Shown here: positions 29,326-40,294 of the stretch, one piece after another
Layout: each line of letters begins with the position of its first letter
Position numbering within the stretch: the stretch's first letter is position 1
NCBI GenBank assembly: GCA_965116925.1
Contig: OZ220744.1
Span: 3,776,001-3,840,000, forward strand
DNA: 64,000 nt
Direction of reading: 5' to 3'
Source of the DNA: Candidatus Poribacteria bacterium
Lineage (GTDB): Bacteria > Poribacteria > WGA-4E > PCPOR2b
Translations under genes and position numbers: made by a program
The notes under the pieces: model-generated
What the model was told of the DNA's origin: nothing
Seen by the model: only the letters and a program-made list of their open reading frames with translations
The model's database searches: none

Positions 29326-29536
29326 GAGAAGTATTTCAATGAAGACAGGACTGGCGCAACTTTGGCACATAGGGGTAGATTTTTGATTTTTAACCCCCTA
29401 AATCCCCCTTATCAGGCAACTTTCAAGAACAGTGGTTTGATGGTGAAATTCGTCGCACACATGGTTCAAGCGGTTGTTGACCAAGATAACGAATGATAAC
29501 AAAACAATTCGCGCTGTTAGTTTGGACATCTGCACA

Positions 29537-32500
29537 ATGAGCACCCTTCTCTATTTTATTCTACCCCGATTTCCTCATCAACGTATCGCCTTATTTTTCA
29601 AATATAGTTTTCGCTTCCCGTTTTACCTTTCACCTTTTACGCTCTTCCTTATTCTTTTTCTTCTAACACCTGACGCCATATTTGCCCAGCAAAATTTTCA
29701 ATGGCGAAATTTCACACGAAGCGGTGATAATCTGAGCAGCAACAATGTTAGAACCATCACTGAAGATCGATTGGGGCAAATCTGGTTGGGGACGAATAAG
29801 GGATTGAGCCGTTTGGATGGCTTCTGGCACGAGGCCGGCAGGTCGAACGGAGGCCCCCAAGGAGCTGATGTCTTCAAGATTTTTGAAGATACCGCAGGCT
29901 TCATCTGGGTTGCAACGGATGCCGGGGTTTATCGAGGAGTATGGGACAATTCGCGAGGACAGGTTGATTGGTTGCAACATTATACCCAAGGAACGGGATT
30001 GATCGGTATCGGTGGGCGCGTTGTGACAATGATCCAACGCCAAAATGGTGAAATCTGGATCGGGACACCGCTAGGCATCAACCGGTTTGATGGCGCAGTC
30101 TGGGGCACGGTGGATAGTGCGGAGGTTGGACAACTCAATCAAGGTGTGCAGGTCATCTATGAGGATAAGACTGGGGCCCTCTGGTTTGGACTTTCACAGA
30201 GCAATCGCCTCCAAAGCGGAAATCTTATCAGCCGTTTCAATGGCGTCGGGTGGGAAATTTTTAGCGTAAACGATGGCTTACCGAATGGTGATGTGCAAGC
30301 AATTTTGGAAGACAACTTTGGTAATCTCTGGGTCGGTACAACCGCCGGCGCGGCGGTTTACGACGGTTCAACTTGGCATGTTGTAACGGCGCAGGATGGG
30401 CTTCTAATCGGCAGCAATGTGCAAATCATAATGAGTGATCGGGAAGGGACAATCTGGCTTGGGACCACCGCCGGCATCAGCCAATTTTACCCACCGGCAC
30501 AGTTCACCCCGATGGCACTCCGTGATTTAGGACGTTGGCGGCATCTGACAAGAGCAAACGGTTTGGCAAGCAACAATATCCAAGCTCTGCTTGAAACACG
30601 AGCCGGCGAGATCTGGATTGGGACACGAGATAATGGGGTCAATTTTTCAGATCGATCGTGGAAGTCAGTCACCACAGATAACGGATTGAGTCACAATAGC
30701 GTGACAGCAATGCTGAAAGATCAGCGGGGTAGGCTTTGGGTCGGAACGCGTAATGGATTGAGCCTCTATACGCGGAACGGGGTTGAGCTGGTCAGCGGGG
30801 CTCCGGGAAATGAGATTCGCACACTAGCTGAAGATTTTCGGGGCCGAACCTGGGTTGGTACGAACGCTGGCATAGGCGTCTTCAATGGAGTATCATGGGA
30901 AGTCTTCCGGATTCCAGATATTAACGTTAATAGTGTTCAATCGCTTATCGTCGATTCAGGTGGCGATGTTTGGGCTGGAACAGGGTTTTTGCCAACGGAT
31001 GACCTCCCCGGTTTAGATCGCTATGACGGGCAGCAGTGGGAAAGGAATCAATTTCTGGAGATTGACCGGACAATCGTCGTTATGTTCACAGACTCGCAGG
31101 GACGAATCTACTTCGGTACGGTTGGCAACGAAGAGGGTGGTAGCGATCTGTGGGTTTACGATGGGATAGATTTGGAACCAATTTATAGCCTGCCTGAAAA
31201 ATTCTCGGTTCACACGATTTTAGAAGTGTCTAGCGGTGAGATTTGGGTTGGTACAGATACCGGTATTCAGATTTTTGACGGACGAACGTTGGATCCCACT
31301 ATTTCACTGACAACTGACGATGGATTGGTGGATAACCGCGTACAGGCACTTTACCGCGATGGAGATCGGATCTGGGTCGGTACGGCTGATGGTGTCAGTT
31401 TGTTCCAAAACGGTCAGTTTGAACGGATACTGACTGCAAGTCATGGACTCAACAGCAATAACATCTCAACAATTGCGGAAATGAACGAGATGCTTTGGTT
31501 TGGTAGTAAGGATAACGGTGGGTTAAGCATCTTCAGTCCGGAGATGACTCCGCCTCGTACGAGAATTACCGATGATAGCCCGAAAAATGGTGAAGTTGTT
31601 GGGGACACAAGCGTTGTTTTTAAGTTTGAAGGTGGTGATGCTAGTACGCCCGCCGGAGAGCTTCGTTATGTTTACCAACTTGACGACGGACAGTTGATGC
31701 CTACCGACGATGAGAGGGGCATTGCTAAACGCGCTATATTGTCAGGTCTCGAAGAGGGACCGCATCGCTTTACGGTGTATGCCATTGATAGGGAAGGCAA
31801 CCAAGATTTGACGGGGGCAAGCAGGGACTTTGTGGTTGACTCCCTCGCCCCAACCGTGATTATTACTGCGCCAAAGGAGAACGCTGTGATTGGTGGCGTT
31901 TATGAAATCAAAGGTACTGCGATGGATAAAACGGATTTTCTGGATTACCAGATCCGTATCTTTCCCAGTGATTCTACTTCAGATGAACCTCTGCCTCCTT
32001 TTGTTTCAACAGTGCCTGTTATAGACGACACACTTTATCGCTGGGATACACGCACAGTCGCCGCCGGTTTATACACGATTGAGTTAGTGGCACGGGATAC
32101 GCCGAATGGTGATTACGATAGGGAACATCTTGCCACTATATCAGTCACGGTTGAAGTTGATAGACATCGTCCAGAGGTCGAGATTCTTTCTCCCGCTGAG
32201 AACGAGCAGGTGTCACAGAGAATTGAGATTCGTGGCACCGCAGATGACCGGAATTTCAAGGAATATACCATTGAATACGGACCCGGAGAGTCTCCTGATA
32301 CTTGGTTACCCATATCCAAACCGCCGACGTTTTCAACCCCTGTGACCCGCGATATATTAGCGTTATGGGACGCGCCGAATTTATCGGGGCTGCACACATT
32401 ACGGTTAGTTGTGGAAGATACAGCGGGACATAGAGAAGTTGATCAAGTGCGTATATTCTTCAATCCGAGTGTAGATCGTGAAACTGGCGGCACGGTGGAA

Positions 32501-33169
32501 AGCCATGACAATCGGGCAAAAATCACCTTTCCGCCGAACAGCTTGCCACGGACAACTGTCATAACAGTCAACCCGGTGACAGAAAAATCGTTGCTCCCTG
32601 TTTCCCCTATACCGTTTCAGGCTTACGATTTTGCACCTGAGGATCTGCGGTTACACCAGTTGAAACCGGCAACCCTCCAATTTTCCGTTGAAGATGCAGC
32701 ACTACTTTCAAGCTCTAAAAGAAAAGAAACCTTGACAATCACCCGCTGGGATGGCAAAACATGGCTCCCTATTGGTGGGACAATTAATGTACAGCGCGGG
32801 ACAATCTCAACGGTGGTTTCGACGCTTGGACGATATGCCATCACCACAAGACCCGCTGTAGAAACGGAGGAAAATACGATTATCTCCAATCTAACCTGCC
32901 AACCGCGGGTGTTCTCGCCCAGCCGGGAATCAACGTGGATCTCATTTCGATTAAATCGTCCTGATGATATAACAATTAAAATCTATAATGAAGCCGGACG
33001 CTTGAGACGGTCACTAAGAGAATCGGAACCCTTGTCAGATGGGGGACATGTTTTCGAGTGGGACGGACGCGATGATGAGAATCGGCGGGTGGTCAGTAAT
33101 TTTTATTTCGTCACCGTTGAGGGCGAGGGAGCGCTGGGGACAAAAGTTGTTGTGGTACAGAATGATTAG
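29537..33169 (+). CDS. Secreted two-component-regulator-type beta-propeller protein with Ig-like and FlgD-Ig C-terminal domains
   Basis: Repeated GL.SN.V.AI.ED..G.IW.GT; C-terminal FSP...WDGRD...Y; start uncertain. Confidence 0.82.
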   Translation: MSTLLYFILPRFPHQRIALFFKYSFRFPFYLSPFTLFLILFLLTPDAIFAQQNFQWRNFTRSGDNLSSNNVRTITEDRLGQIWLGTNKGLSRLDGFWHEAGRSNGGPQGADVFKIFEDTAGFIWVATDAGVYRGVWDNSRGQVDWLQHYTQGTGLIGIGGRVVTMIQRQNGEIWIGTPLGINRFDGAVWGTVDSAEVGQLNQGVQVIYEDKTGALWFGLSQSNRLQSGNLISRFNGVGWEIFSVNDGLPNGDVQAILEDNFGNLWVGTTAGAAVYDGSTWHVVTAQDGLLIGSNVQIIMSDREGTIWLGTTAGISQFYPPAQFTPMALRDLGRWRHLTRANGLASNNIQALLETRAGEIWIGTRDNGVNFSDRSWKSVTTDNGLSHNSVTAMLKDQRGRLWVGTRNGLSLYTRNGVELVSGAPGNEIRTLAEDFRGRTWVGTNAGIGVFNGVSWEVFRIPDINVNSVQSLIVDSGGDVWAGTGFLPTDDLPGLDRYDGQQWERNQFLEIDRTIVVMFTDSQGRIYFGTVGNEEGGSDLWVYDGIDLEPIYSLPEKFSVHTILEVSSGEIWVGTDTGIQIFDGRTLDPTISLTTDDGLVDNRVQALYRDGDRIWVGTADGVSLFQNGQFERILTASHGLNSNNISTIAEMNEMLWFGSKDNGGLSIFSPEMTPPRTRITDDSPKNGEVVGDTSVVFKFEGGDASTPAGELRYVYQLDDGQLMPTDDERGIAKRAILSGLEEGPHRFTVYAIDREGNQDLTGASRDFVVDSLAPTVIITAPKENAVIGGVYEIKGTAMDKTDFLDYQIRIFPSDSTSDEPLPPFVSTVPVIDDTLYRWDTRTVAAGLYTIELVARDTPNGDYDREHLATISVTVEVDRHRPEVEILSPAENEQVSQRIEIRGTADDRNFKEYTIEYGPGESPDTWLPISKPPTFSTPVTRDILALWDAPNLSGLHTLRLVVEDTAGHREVDQVRIFFNPSVDRETGGTVESHDNRAKITFPPNSLPRTTVITVNPVTEKSLLPVSPIPFQAYDFAPEDLRLHQLKPATLQFSVEDAALLSSSKRKETLTITRWDGKTWLPIGGTINVQRGTISTVVSTLGRYAITTRPAVETEENTIISNLTCQPRVFSPSRESTWISFRLNRPDDITIKIYNEAGRLRRSLRESEPLSDGGHVFEWDGRDDENRRVVSNFYFVTVEGEGALGTKVVVVQND

Positions 33170-33387
33170 GGGATGAAGCGTGAAACGTGAGTGACGGGAT
33201 TCTGGAAGCTGAAGCAAATGGCTAAAACGGTTAGAAATATGGTAAAATTATGAAATCAAAGTTGCCGGCTGTCAAAATTTTTCTTGTCACAGTGTAAATT
33301 TCTCGCCAGCGGGCACGTGGGGAATTTCTATTGTCATAGATTTTAGAATTTGCGTCTCGTTACCTAATTAAAGAATTTTCAGTCTCA

Positions 33388-35544
33388 ATGATATGGATTA
33401 CCGAAAGAGTCTTGACAAAACTGAGTACACTTCGCATGATATTTGGAGTGTGCTGCTGTCTTTCAGTGTTATTCGTGCTATGCGCTACAGATGCGATATA
33501 TGGTGCTGAGGAGCAGGCGACAACAGGTGCCCGTGCTATCGGTATGGGAGGGGCATTCATCGGTGTTGCGGACGACGAAAACGCTGTGCGTCGGAATCCC
33601 GCCGGACTGCCCCGTTTGGACAGATATGCTGTAGGGTTTGAACAGACGCCGTCCGGGTTGTTTGATGCGCTGCAAACAAGCTATCTCAGCGCAGTCTTGC
33701 CGACATCCGAGAAGATGGCACTGGGCGTTGATTGGCTGCAGGTTGGTATTGAAGATGAAGAGTTGAACTCAAATCGCGACAGTTTCAACTTTGCTTATAG
33801 TTATGCCCCTTTGTCTCAACTGTCCCTTGGGGCAAATCTGAAATACTTTACGTGGTCAATCGCACTAGATGACAGATCGAGGGGAGCAGCAACGGGTTGG
33901 GGCACGGATGTTGGTCTTCTGTACCAGCCCCATCGCCGCTGGAAGTTGGGGGTACTTGCACAAAATTTCATCGGTTTTGGATCCGGGGAAGGATTGAGTT
34001 ACGGCACTTGGATAAGACACGATTCAGATGTCAGAGAAAAAGTTTTCCCGACTGCATACAAATTTGGTATTGCGTATCATCCTATTTCAAATTGGTTAAT
34101 CTCCGCAGACCTAACAGACCGGTTGCAGCTCGGCACAGAATTTTTGCCGAATCGAAATTTTGCCATCCGTGCAGGATTCCAGAAAGATTTGTATACGTCC
34201 GAGTCACCGACTTATTCGCTGGGTGGTAGTATAAGATATAGATGGATGGATTTTAACGTCGCGTATCTCATCCCTCCGACGTTGCCACCAACTACCTATG
34301 TTGGGCTTTCGCTCAACTTCGATTTTCGGAAGTTGCCGGTGCTCATTGAGGAGGTTCGCATAAGAGATCTCTATCCAGTGCTTCGTCGCTATTATGCTAC
34401 ATCGAATCGAGATCTAGAGAAGGAGACTTTGGATAGTGCCACGCCGCTGGTAATTACAGAGGCGGATCGAGAGTATTACTATCCACTTGAGGAAGCCAAT
34501 CAGATCGGCAGGATTTGGCTCAAAAACGAGAGCAATAAAGAGATAACCGTTCATATTAAACTCTTTATTCCTGAATTTGTCAGCAAAAACGGCACAGAAG
34601 TTGCGTCTGTTATTGAGATGCAGCCGTTAGAGCGGGCTTCGGTGCCAATACAACAACTGGTGTTAACACCAAAAGCACTGAAATTGTCGCAAAATCAGCC
34701 TGTTGAGGCACAGATTCAAGTGATTGAGAGCGGGGGCTCCGCCTACCGAACTTTTCCTGTAACATTTTTGTTACACGATAATCATTCAATCCAGTTGGAT
34801 GATGTTGCGAAACTTGCTTGTTTCATTTCCTCGGAAAGTTCGGTGGCAGATTCGGCGATTGGTGCATTCATCAATCAGGTGCGTACCGCATTTCAGACGG
34901 AGATTGATATCGCGGATATGCCGGAGAACCTGTATGTTGCCATGTTGTTGTTTAATGTTCTGCACGGCGTATCGTATGCGCGGGATCCAAATATACCGCG
35001 GCAGAGGGGGACAATTGATGAGATTAAGCATCCCCATGAAATGTTGGAAAGTCTTATGGGGCAGCACTCAGGAGATGACGATAAATCTACCTTTGGTGAC
35101 TGTGATGACAGCACAGTCCTCTACTGCTCTCTACTTGAATCGGTCGGCATCGAAACAGCACTCATTCAGCTACCAAATCATGTGTTAATGGCGTTTAATC
35201 TGGGCAATATTTCTGTTAAACAAGCGCAAGAAATAGGCTTACCCAGCGATTACTACGAGACAGTCAACGGGCAGGCTTGGATTCCGATTGAGACAACTCT
35301 TATCAACGACGGTTTTGCCGCTGCATGGCAGGAAGGGTGTCAATCACTCCAAGCGGTGAATATCCGGGCTGAAACTGTTGAGGATGCATGGGAAAAATAT
35401 GGTGAGAGTCCCTTTACGGGAGAACCGATCCAGCTTTCTATTCCAAAAGACCTCACCCAAAAACGGATTGATGCGGACCTCGCCACTCCATGGCTGATGG
35501 AATTTTTGAACGCACTCTCCAACGTTAGTACATTAGTAGATTAG
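33388..35544 (+). CDS. PorV/PorQ-like beta-barrel fused to a transglutaminase-like domain
   Basis: GARAIGMGGAFIGVADD..A...NPAGL; C-terminal GDCDD..VLYCSLLESVG, NHV, WIPIETT. Confidence 0.75.
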   Translation: MIWITERVLTKLSTLRMIFGVCCCLSVLFVLCATDAIYGAEEQATTGARAIGMGGAFIGVADDENAVRRNPAGLPRLDRYAVGFEQTPSGLFDALQTSYLSAVLPTSEKMALGVDWLQVGIEDEELNSNRDSFNFAYSYAPLSQLSLGANLKYFTWSIALDDRSRGAATGWGTDVGLLYQPHRRWKLGVLAQNFIGFGSGEGLSYGTWIRHDSDVREKVFPTAYKFGIAYHPISNWLISADLTDRLQLGTEFLPNRNFAIRAGFQKDLYTSESPTYSLGGSIRYRWMDFNVAYLIPPTLPPTTYVGLSLNFDFRKLPVLIEEVRIRDLYPVLRRYYATSNRDLEKETLDSATPLVITEADREYYYPLEEANQIGRIWLKNESNKEITVHIKLFIPEFVSKNGTEVASVIEMQPLERASVPIQQLVLTPKALKLSQNQPVEAQIQVIESGGSAYRTFPVTFLLHDNHSIQLDDVAKLACFISSESSVADSAIGAFINQVRTAFQTEIDIADMPENLYVAMLLFNVLHGVSYARDPNIPRQRGTIDEIKHPHEMLESLMGQHSGDDDKSTFGDCDDSTVLYCSLLESVGIETALIQLPNHVLMAFNLGNISVKQAQEIGLPSDYYETVNGQAWIPIETTLINDGFAAAWQEGCQSLQAVNIRAETVEDAWEKYGESPFTGEPIQLSIPKDLTQKRIDADLATPWLMEFLNALSNVSTLVD

Positions 35545-35602
35545 TAGATTCATTCATGAATGAACCAATGAACCGAAATAAGTTACACTAGGAGGAAAAC
35601 CG

Positions 35603-36481
35603 ATGATAGTCCACAAAACCTTAACCGTTACAATCTGTTTACTCTGTATGATGCTGGCATACACCTCGTATGCTGAATTGGAAGAGTCAACAGCAACATT
35701 TACATTTGGTGAGATAGAAGTTCTAAAAACCGGCGAACAGGAGTGGCGTTTTCTGGAGAAAGGCATGGTCCTCGCTGCAGACGATTTGGTGCGAATGCCA
35801 CCCTTCTCGCTGATGCGATTAAAAATAGAGGAGGACACCCGCTTACCGACCCTGTCAGGTGGACGTGAGGTCCTTGTTCGGACGTTAATCAATGAAGGCC
35901 TTCAGCGTAGGGAAGCCCAAAAAGGGAGGCGGATCAATGAAGATTTTGATGAAGATCCCGCAACGGATGTGCTGCCCGTTGGCAATAAGCGAAAAACACG
36001 GAATCGCGCTTCGGATTTTGAGGGATTGCCTGCGGTGAAGGTAAGTCAAAATGAGCTAGAAACCCTTCGTCGCAAAATCGATCTGCTTCCCGATGAGATT
36101 GCATTGTTGGTCTCTCCTGTCGTCGTTGGCTCTGTCCGAGAAAATGTGGAAGATCCCGCGTATCCTGCGCCCAACCTGGACTTGGCTCGAAAAATCTACG
36201 GTATATTCAACAAAATTGAGGTGGAGGTATCACGTCGTCCTTTGTTGTATGCTCAACTGCTTCACCATGCTGGTCTCAATGCTGATCTTGACATCAATGA
36301 AAAAGGGCAGCTGTTCGTGGTTTTTGACAGTGAGGTCCTCTCCGACAACGCCAAACAGATTGCCGTAAATCAGCAGTTAATCCATGAGAGGCAGGGGGAA
36401 GATACGGTCTGGATTGCTGTGCAGATTCAATCATCTCAACAGAATTTCACGACAGCATGGTATCAAGGAAGCCAGCAGTAG
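35603..36481 (+). CDS. Exported protein with FecR-like N-terminus and degenerate transglutaminase-like C-terminus
   Basis: Signal peptide; GEIEV...W..L..GM.L...D.VR; LLYAQLL..AGL, WIAVQ, FTTAWYQG. Confidence 0.6.
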   Translation: MIVHKTLTVTICLLCMMLAYTSYAELEESTATFTFGEIEVLKTGEQEWRFLEKGMVLAADDLVRMPPFSLMRLKIEEDTRLPTLSGGREVLVRTLINEGLQRREAQKGRRINEDFDEDPATDVLPVGNKRKTRNRASDFEGLPAVKVSQNELETLRRKIDLLPDEIALLVSPVVVGSVRENVEDPAYPAPNLDLARKIYGIFNKIEVEVSRRPLLYAQLLHHAGLNADLDINEKGQLFVVFDSEVLSDNAKQIAVNQQLIHERQGEDTVWIAVQIQSSQQNFTTAWYQGSQQ

Positions 36482-36549
36482 AGGGAAAACAGGGGGATGA
36501 GCCCGTGAGCAGATGAGGTGATTGCACATTTTATACCTCACCAGACTTT

Positions 36550-38484
36550 ATGCTCTCAAAACTAGCGCAATCTCAGAAAGTATATCTCCTGATCGGCATC
36601 GTGAGCCTGCTGCCGTTCATAGTGGTTGGGTTTCTACGTGATCTGGGTACTTTTGAGTTTATTGAACTGAAGACGCTAGATAGCCGACTACGGTGGACTG
36701 TGCCTCCTTCGCCCCCAGTTTCCTCTCAAATTGCGCTGATTACGATTGATGCCAAAAGTGAAAAGGAACTTGGACTAGCACCAGCATGGCGCTCCCACAT
36801 TTACGCTGCGCTGATTCACTCGCTCCAGCAAGCCGACCCGAAAGCAATTGGCTTAATTGTGTGGTTCAACAGCGAGTGGGAGGATGAACAACGGATTCCC
36901 GGTAAAAAGCTATTTGTTATCCGCCCCTACCCTAAGCCAAAGCCCACGGGGGCACTGCCAGAAGTCACCGATTGGCGCACCTTACCCGACAACTTAGCGC
37001 AAGCGCAGGGTTGGGGTTTTAGTTATTTCCCGTTGAGCGATTCGGATGGTATCGCTCGTTCCGCCCAGCTTGTCGTCAAAGACCTTGCCACAGGGACTTA
37101 TCGTTACTCCTTCGCAATGTCGATCCTGTGTCAAGCCTATGGTGTTTTTCCCACATCTATAAAATTGCAGGAGGAATTTTGGGTTGGAAAATATCTTGAA
37201 TTCGACTCGCCGACGGGAGAGGTAGTCCGTGTTCCTGTTGACTCACAGGGACGATTGTTCATTCGATTTGTCGACGATGAGAAGGTGTTTCAGCCTGTTT
37301 CTTTTATTGATGCTCTATCAATGGCGGAAAATGAAACGAACCAATTTTTGCGCGAATTTAGCAATAAGTGCATATTGATTGGCATCACAACAGAAGGTGT
37401 CAATAAAAGGGCGACCCCAGTGGGCGAACTGTCAGCACTCGCTCTGCGGACAAATCTGCTCAACGGTCTGTTAAATCAAGATTTCGTTTGGCAACTCAGT
37501 CGAGGCGGCAATCGGCTCTATATTGTTTGTCTTGCGGTGCTTTCTGTCGCGGTAACAATGTTAATTTACCGAAGCGGACATAGCTACCGATCTATGCTAC
37601 TCTTCGGCAGCGGTCTGATACTATGTCATCTGCTTTTTGTCGGCGGGATGTTCGTTCTCTTTGACCTTTGGGTTGAAGTCACTGGATCAACCCTAGCATT
37701 GCTTCTTAGTAGTGGAATCAGTAGCTTACTCCTAGCGCATCTTCGGCTGCGGTATTTGCTTAGTCAGTTGCAAACGACGCAAGATCAGTTGGTCAGATCA
37801 GAAAAAGAGGCTGTGTTTGGTGTGATGTCGGCGCGTGTTCGGCATGAGTTGCGAAATGCGCTGAACCTAATCCGCGCTCCGGCGGAAATGATCCGGGTTA
37901 ATTTTCAAAAGCAAGACCCTCTCAAGCTGCGAGAACAACCCGCAGAGATTGTTAGTGAAATGGATCAGATTATTGGGTGGGTAACAAAGCTGGATGAAAT
38001 GATCGAAGATGAATTCAGCTTTTTCCAAGATTCCCACATGAATTTCGAGCGACAAGCAGTTGAACCCATCCTGAAGTCCGCGGTGGAGATGGTACAACCG
38101 GTGATTGATGAGAATCAGATCGAAGTTCGGATGAATCTGCCGCCGATAATTCCGCCACGGCGCCTCGATGATGATAAGATGCGGATTGTCTTTACAAACC
38201 TAATTAAAAATGCTTGTCAAGCGATGCCATCGGGAGGGACATTGGAAATTGTCGTAGAGGTGTCAATACTTCAGCAGGACAGAGTTACTGTCATCGTCAA
38301 GGACACAGGAGTGGGCATCCCTGCGGAGGAACTCTATCGAATTTTTGAACCTTTTTATACAACTAAACCACGTGGATTGGGCCTTGGTCTGGTGAATGTA
38401 AAGAACATCGTCGAAGCGCATGGCGGCACAGTACGGGTGGAGAGCGAAGTTGGTATAGGAACGACGTTTTTCGTTCGGTTGTAA
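36550..38484 (+). CDS. CHASE2-domain sensor histidine kinase
   Basis: ELKTLD.RL, ITID..S, DSDG..R, three TM helices, RHELRN H-box, [23 protein letters not shown]. Confidence 0.9.
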   Translation: MLSKLAQSQKVYLLIGIVSLLPFIVVGFLRDLGTFEFIELKTLDSRLRWTVPPSPPVSSQIALITIDAKSEKELGLAPAWRSHIYAALIHSLQQADPKAIGLIVWFNSEWEDEQRIPGKKLFVIRPYPKPKPTGALPEVTDWRTLPDNLAQAQGWGFSYFPLSDSDGIARSAQLVVKDLATGTYRYSFAMSILCQAYGVFPTSIKLQEEFWVGKYLEFDSPTGEVVRVPVDSQGRLFIRFVDDEKVFQPVSFIDALSMAENETNQFLREFSNKCILIGITTEGVNKRATPVGELSALALRTNLLNGLLNQDFVWQLSRGGNRLYIVCLAVLSVAVTMLIYRSGHSYRSMLLFGSGLILCHLLFVGGMFVLFDLWVEVTGSTLALLLSSGISSLLLAHLRLRYLLSQLQTTQDQLVRSEKEAVFGVMSARVRHELRNALNLIRAPAEMIRVNFQKQDPLKLREQPAEIVSEMDQIIGWVTKLDEMIEDEFSFFQDSHMNFERQAVEPILKSAVEMVQPVIDENQIEVRMNLPPIIPPRRLDDDKMRIVFTNLIKNACQAMPSGGTLEIVVEVSILQQDRVTVIVKDTGVGIPAEELYRIFEPFYTTKPRGLGLGLVNVKNIVEAHGGTVRVESEVGIGTTFFVRL

Positions 38485-38533
38485 CCGATCTCTACCGTTT
38501 TCTCAGGCAATTACGCATTAACGGATACAAATC

Positions 38534-40009
38534 ATGAAACACGCACGAATTTTAATTGCAGACGACGAACAGGCGACCTGTAAATACATTGATGCACAAC
38601 TCAAGATGGAGACATCAATTGATGCCTCCGTTGATTTTGCTTATAATCGGGATGCGGCTATTGCACAGTTAGACGAAAATCCGTCTTATGACTTGATTCT
38701 GGTCGATCTCTGGATGCCGGACGCACAGGGAATTTTGGATAGAGAAGCAGGGCTAAAAGTTCTTAAGCAGAGCAAGAAACAACACCCGATACCGCAAGCC
38801 ATAGTTATTACTGCTAACAGTTCTTCGGAAACTGCACTTGAGGCAAGTGGATTGGGGATTTACGACTATGTCAGCAAGCCGATTAACTACACCCACCTAA
38901 TCGAAGTTGTCAAGGAGGTGTTGAGCCAGCGCGATCACGAGCCTCCTGCTCAAGATGACAATATAGGTTTTGCCGATGATTATGCCGATGATTATGAAAT
39001 TATTGGCAAGAGTCCTGCCATGATTGAAGTGATGACAACTGTCGGGCGAGTTGCGCGATCAGAAACAGATGTCTTACTCTATGGCGAAAGCGGCACTGGC
39101 AAGGATTTTGTCGCACGCGCCATCCATAAGCATAGCCCACGTTCTGGGGGTCCCTTTGAGGTTGTTAATTGCAGCGCAATTCCAGCAGAGTTAATTGAGG
39201 CAGAACTATTCGGCATCGGGAGACGGGTGGCGACATCGGTTGACCAACGTCCGGGCAAATTTCAGCAGGCACACGGTGGGACTATTTTTCTTGATGAGAT
39301 TGGCGATCTAAGTCTGGAGATGCAGCCGAAATTACTGCGTGTGTTGGATTATAAAGAGATTCAGGGCGTTGGGGTGAAAGTGCAGCGGGTTGATGTTCGG
39401 ATTATCGCTGCAACCAATCGTGACCTTGGGGCGGCGGTGCAAGCAGGAAAGTTTCGGAGTGATCTCTACTATCGTTTGAAGCCGATAATTGCTTTACCGC
39501 CATTGCGCGAGCGCGAAGGAGATATTGAATTGTTGGCGTGGCATTTTCTCCACAAATATTCTCACCTCCTCGAACAGAAGCGTACCTTTGGTTTTGACGA
39601 TGTGGTGCTCGCGGCATTTGAGCAGTATCATTGGCCGGGAAACGTGCGGGAATTGGAGAAAGCGATCGAATATGCAATCCTCACCTGCACGGGTCCACAG
39701 ATTTCCATACGCGATTTGGTGCCGGAAATCTTTGAGAACAGCGCTGAATCTACTCCTGAATTCCTTGATCAAGGAAGGGGTGAAAGGGACGAGAATGCAG
39801 ATGTGGGGGATGTAGGTTTTCGTAGCCTACTTGATGCTGCAACAATTAAGGAGGCTTCACAAGGATTTGAGCGAATTTTCTTGGAGCACAAACTCAAGCA
39901 AAATCACTGGAACATTCAAGCAACGGCGGAACAGATTGGTATTCGGCGGCAGTCGTTGCATCGTAAGATTAATGAATTGGGGTTGCAGCGAGATTTGAGT
40001 CGGACTTAA
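38534..40009 (+). CDS. NtrC-family response regulator (REC-AAA+-HTH) with non-canonical L1 loop
   Basis: ADDE and DLWMP receiver, GESGTGKD, FLDEIGD, WPGNVREL, Fis-type HTH; RVATSV in place of GAFTGA. Confidence 0.92.
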   Translation: MKHARILIADDEQATCKYIDAQLKMETSIDASVDFAYNRDAAIAQLDENPSYDLILVDLWMPDAQGILDREAGLKVLKQSKKQHPIPQAIVITANSSSETALEASGLGIYDYVSKPINYTHLIEVVKEVLSQRDHEPPAQDDNIGFADDYADDYEIIGKSPAMIEVMTTVGRVARSETDVLLYGESGTGKDFVARAIHKHSPRSGGPFEVVNCSAIPAELIEAELFGIGRRVATSVDQRPGKFQQAHGGTIFLDEIGDLSLEMQPKLLRVLDYKEIQGVGVKVQRVDVRIIAATNRDLGAAVQAGKFRSDLYYRLKPIIALPPLREREGDIELLAWHFLHKYSHLLEQKRTFGFDDVVLAAFEQYHWPGNVRELEKAIEYAILTCTGPQISIRDLVPEIFENSAESTPEFLDQGRGERDENADVGDVGFRSLLDAATIKEASQGFERIFLEHKLKQNHWNIQATAEQIGIRRQSLHRKINELGLQRDLSRT

Positions 40010-40019
40010 TGGGAATTTG

Positions 40020-40059
40020 TGTCGCTTTTGTGTTACATCGTCACATTCAGGTGACGATG
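40020..40059. promoter_or_regulatory. Candidate enhancer (activator-binding) dyads
   Basis: TGTCGC..TGTTACA and perfect CATCGTCAC-N6-GTGACGATG about 165-200 bp upstream of the -24/-12 site. Confidence 0.45.
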
Positions 40060-40222
40060 GCGCGAGGCATAAACCAGCTTGGAATTGCCAATCAAAATAC
40101 GATAATAAAAAAGTAGCGCACTTCAGTTGATAGCCGTCAATCTTGTCACCTTCCGCTTTCACGGTTAGCTTATTGCTGATTTCTCTTTTCTATTTTCTCC
40201 CAATTTCCATCTTGTCGCAATG

Positions 40223-40237
40223 TGGCACATATATTGC
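40223..40237 (+). promoter_or_regulatory. Sigma-54 (-24/-12) promoter
   Basis: TGGCAC-ATATA-TTGC, exact consensus spacing. Confidence 0.7.
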
Positions 40238-40294
40238 CTATAGTTAATGAGGCAGTTTACAGGCAAGCTAAAGACTCAAGTGTTGGGGGAAAGA

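Noticed and set aside
29352..29366. Second sigma-54-like site TGGCGC-N5-TGGC
   Set aside because: Deviates from TTGC at -12 and has no supporting enhancer dyads; too weak to call
35524..35577. Short octamer repeats (TTAGTAGA, TGAACCAA), similar at about 55765-55800
   Set aside because: Only two or three degenerate units each; no function can be supported
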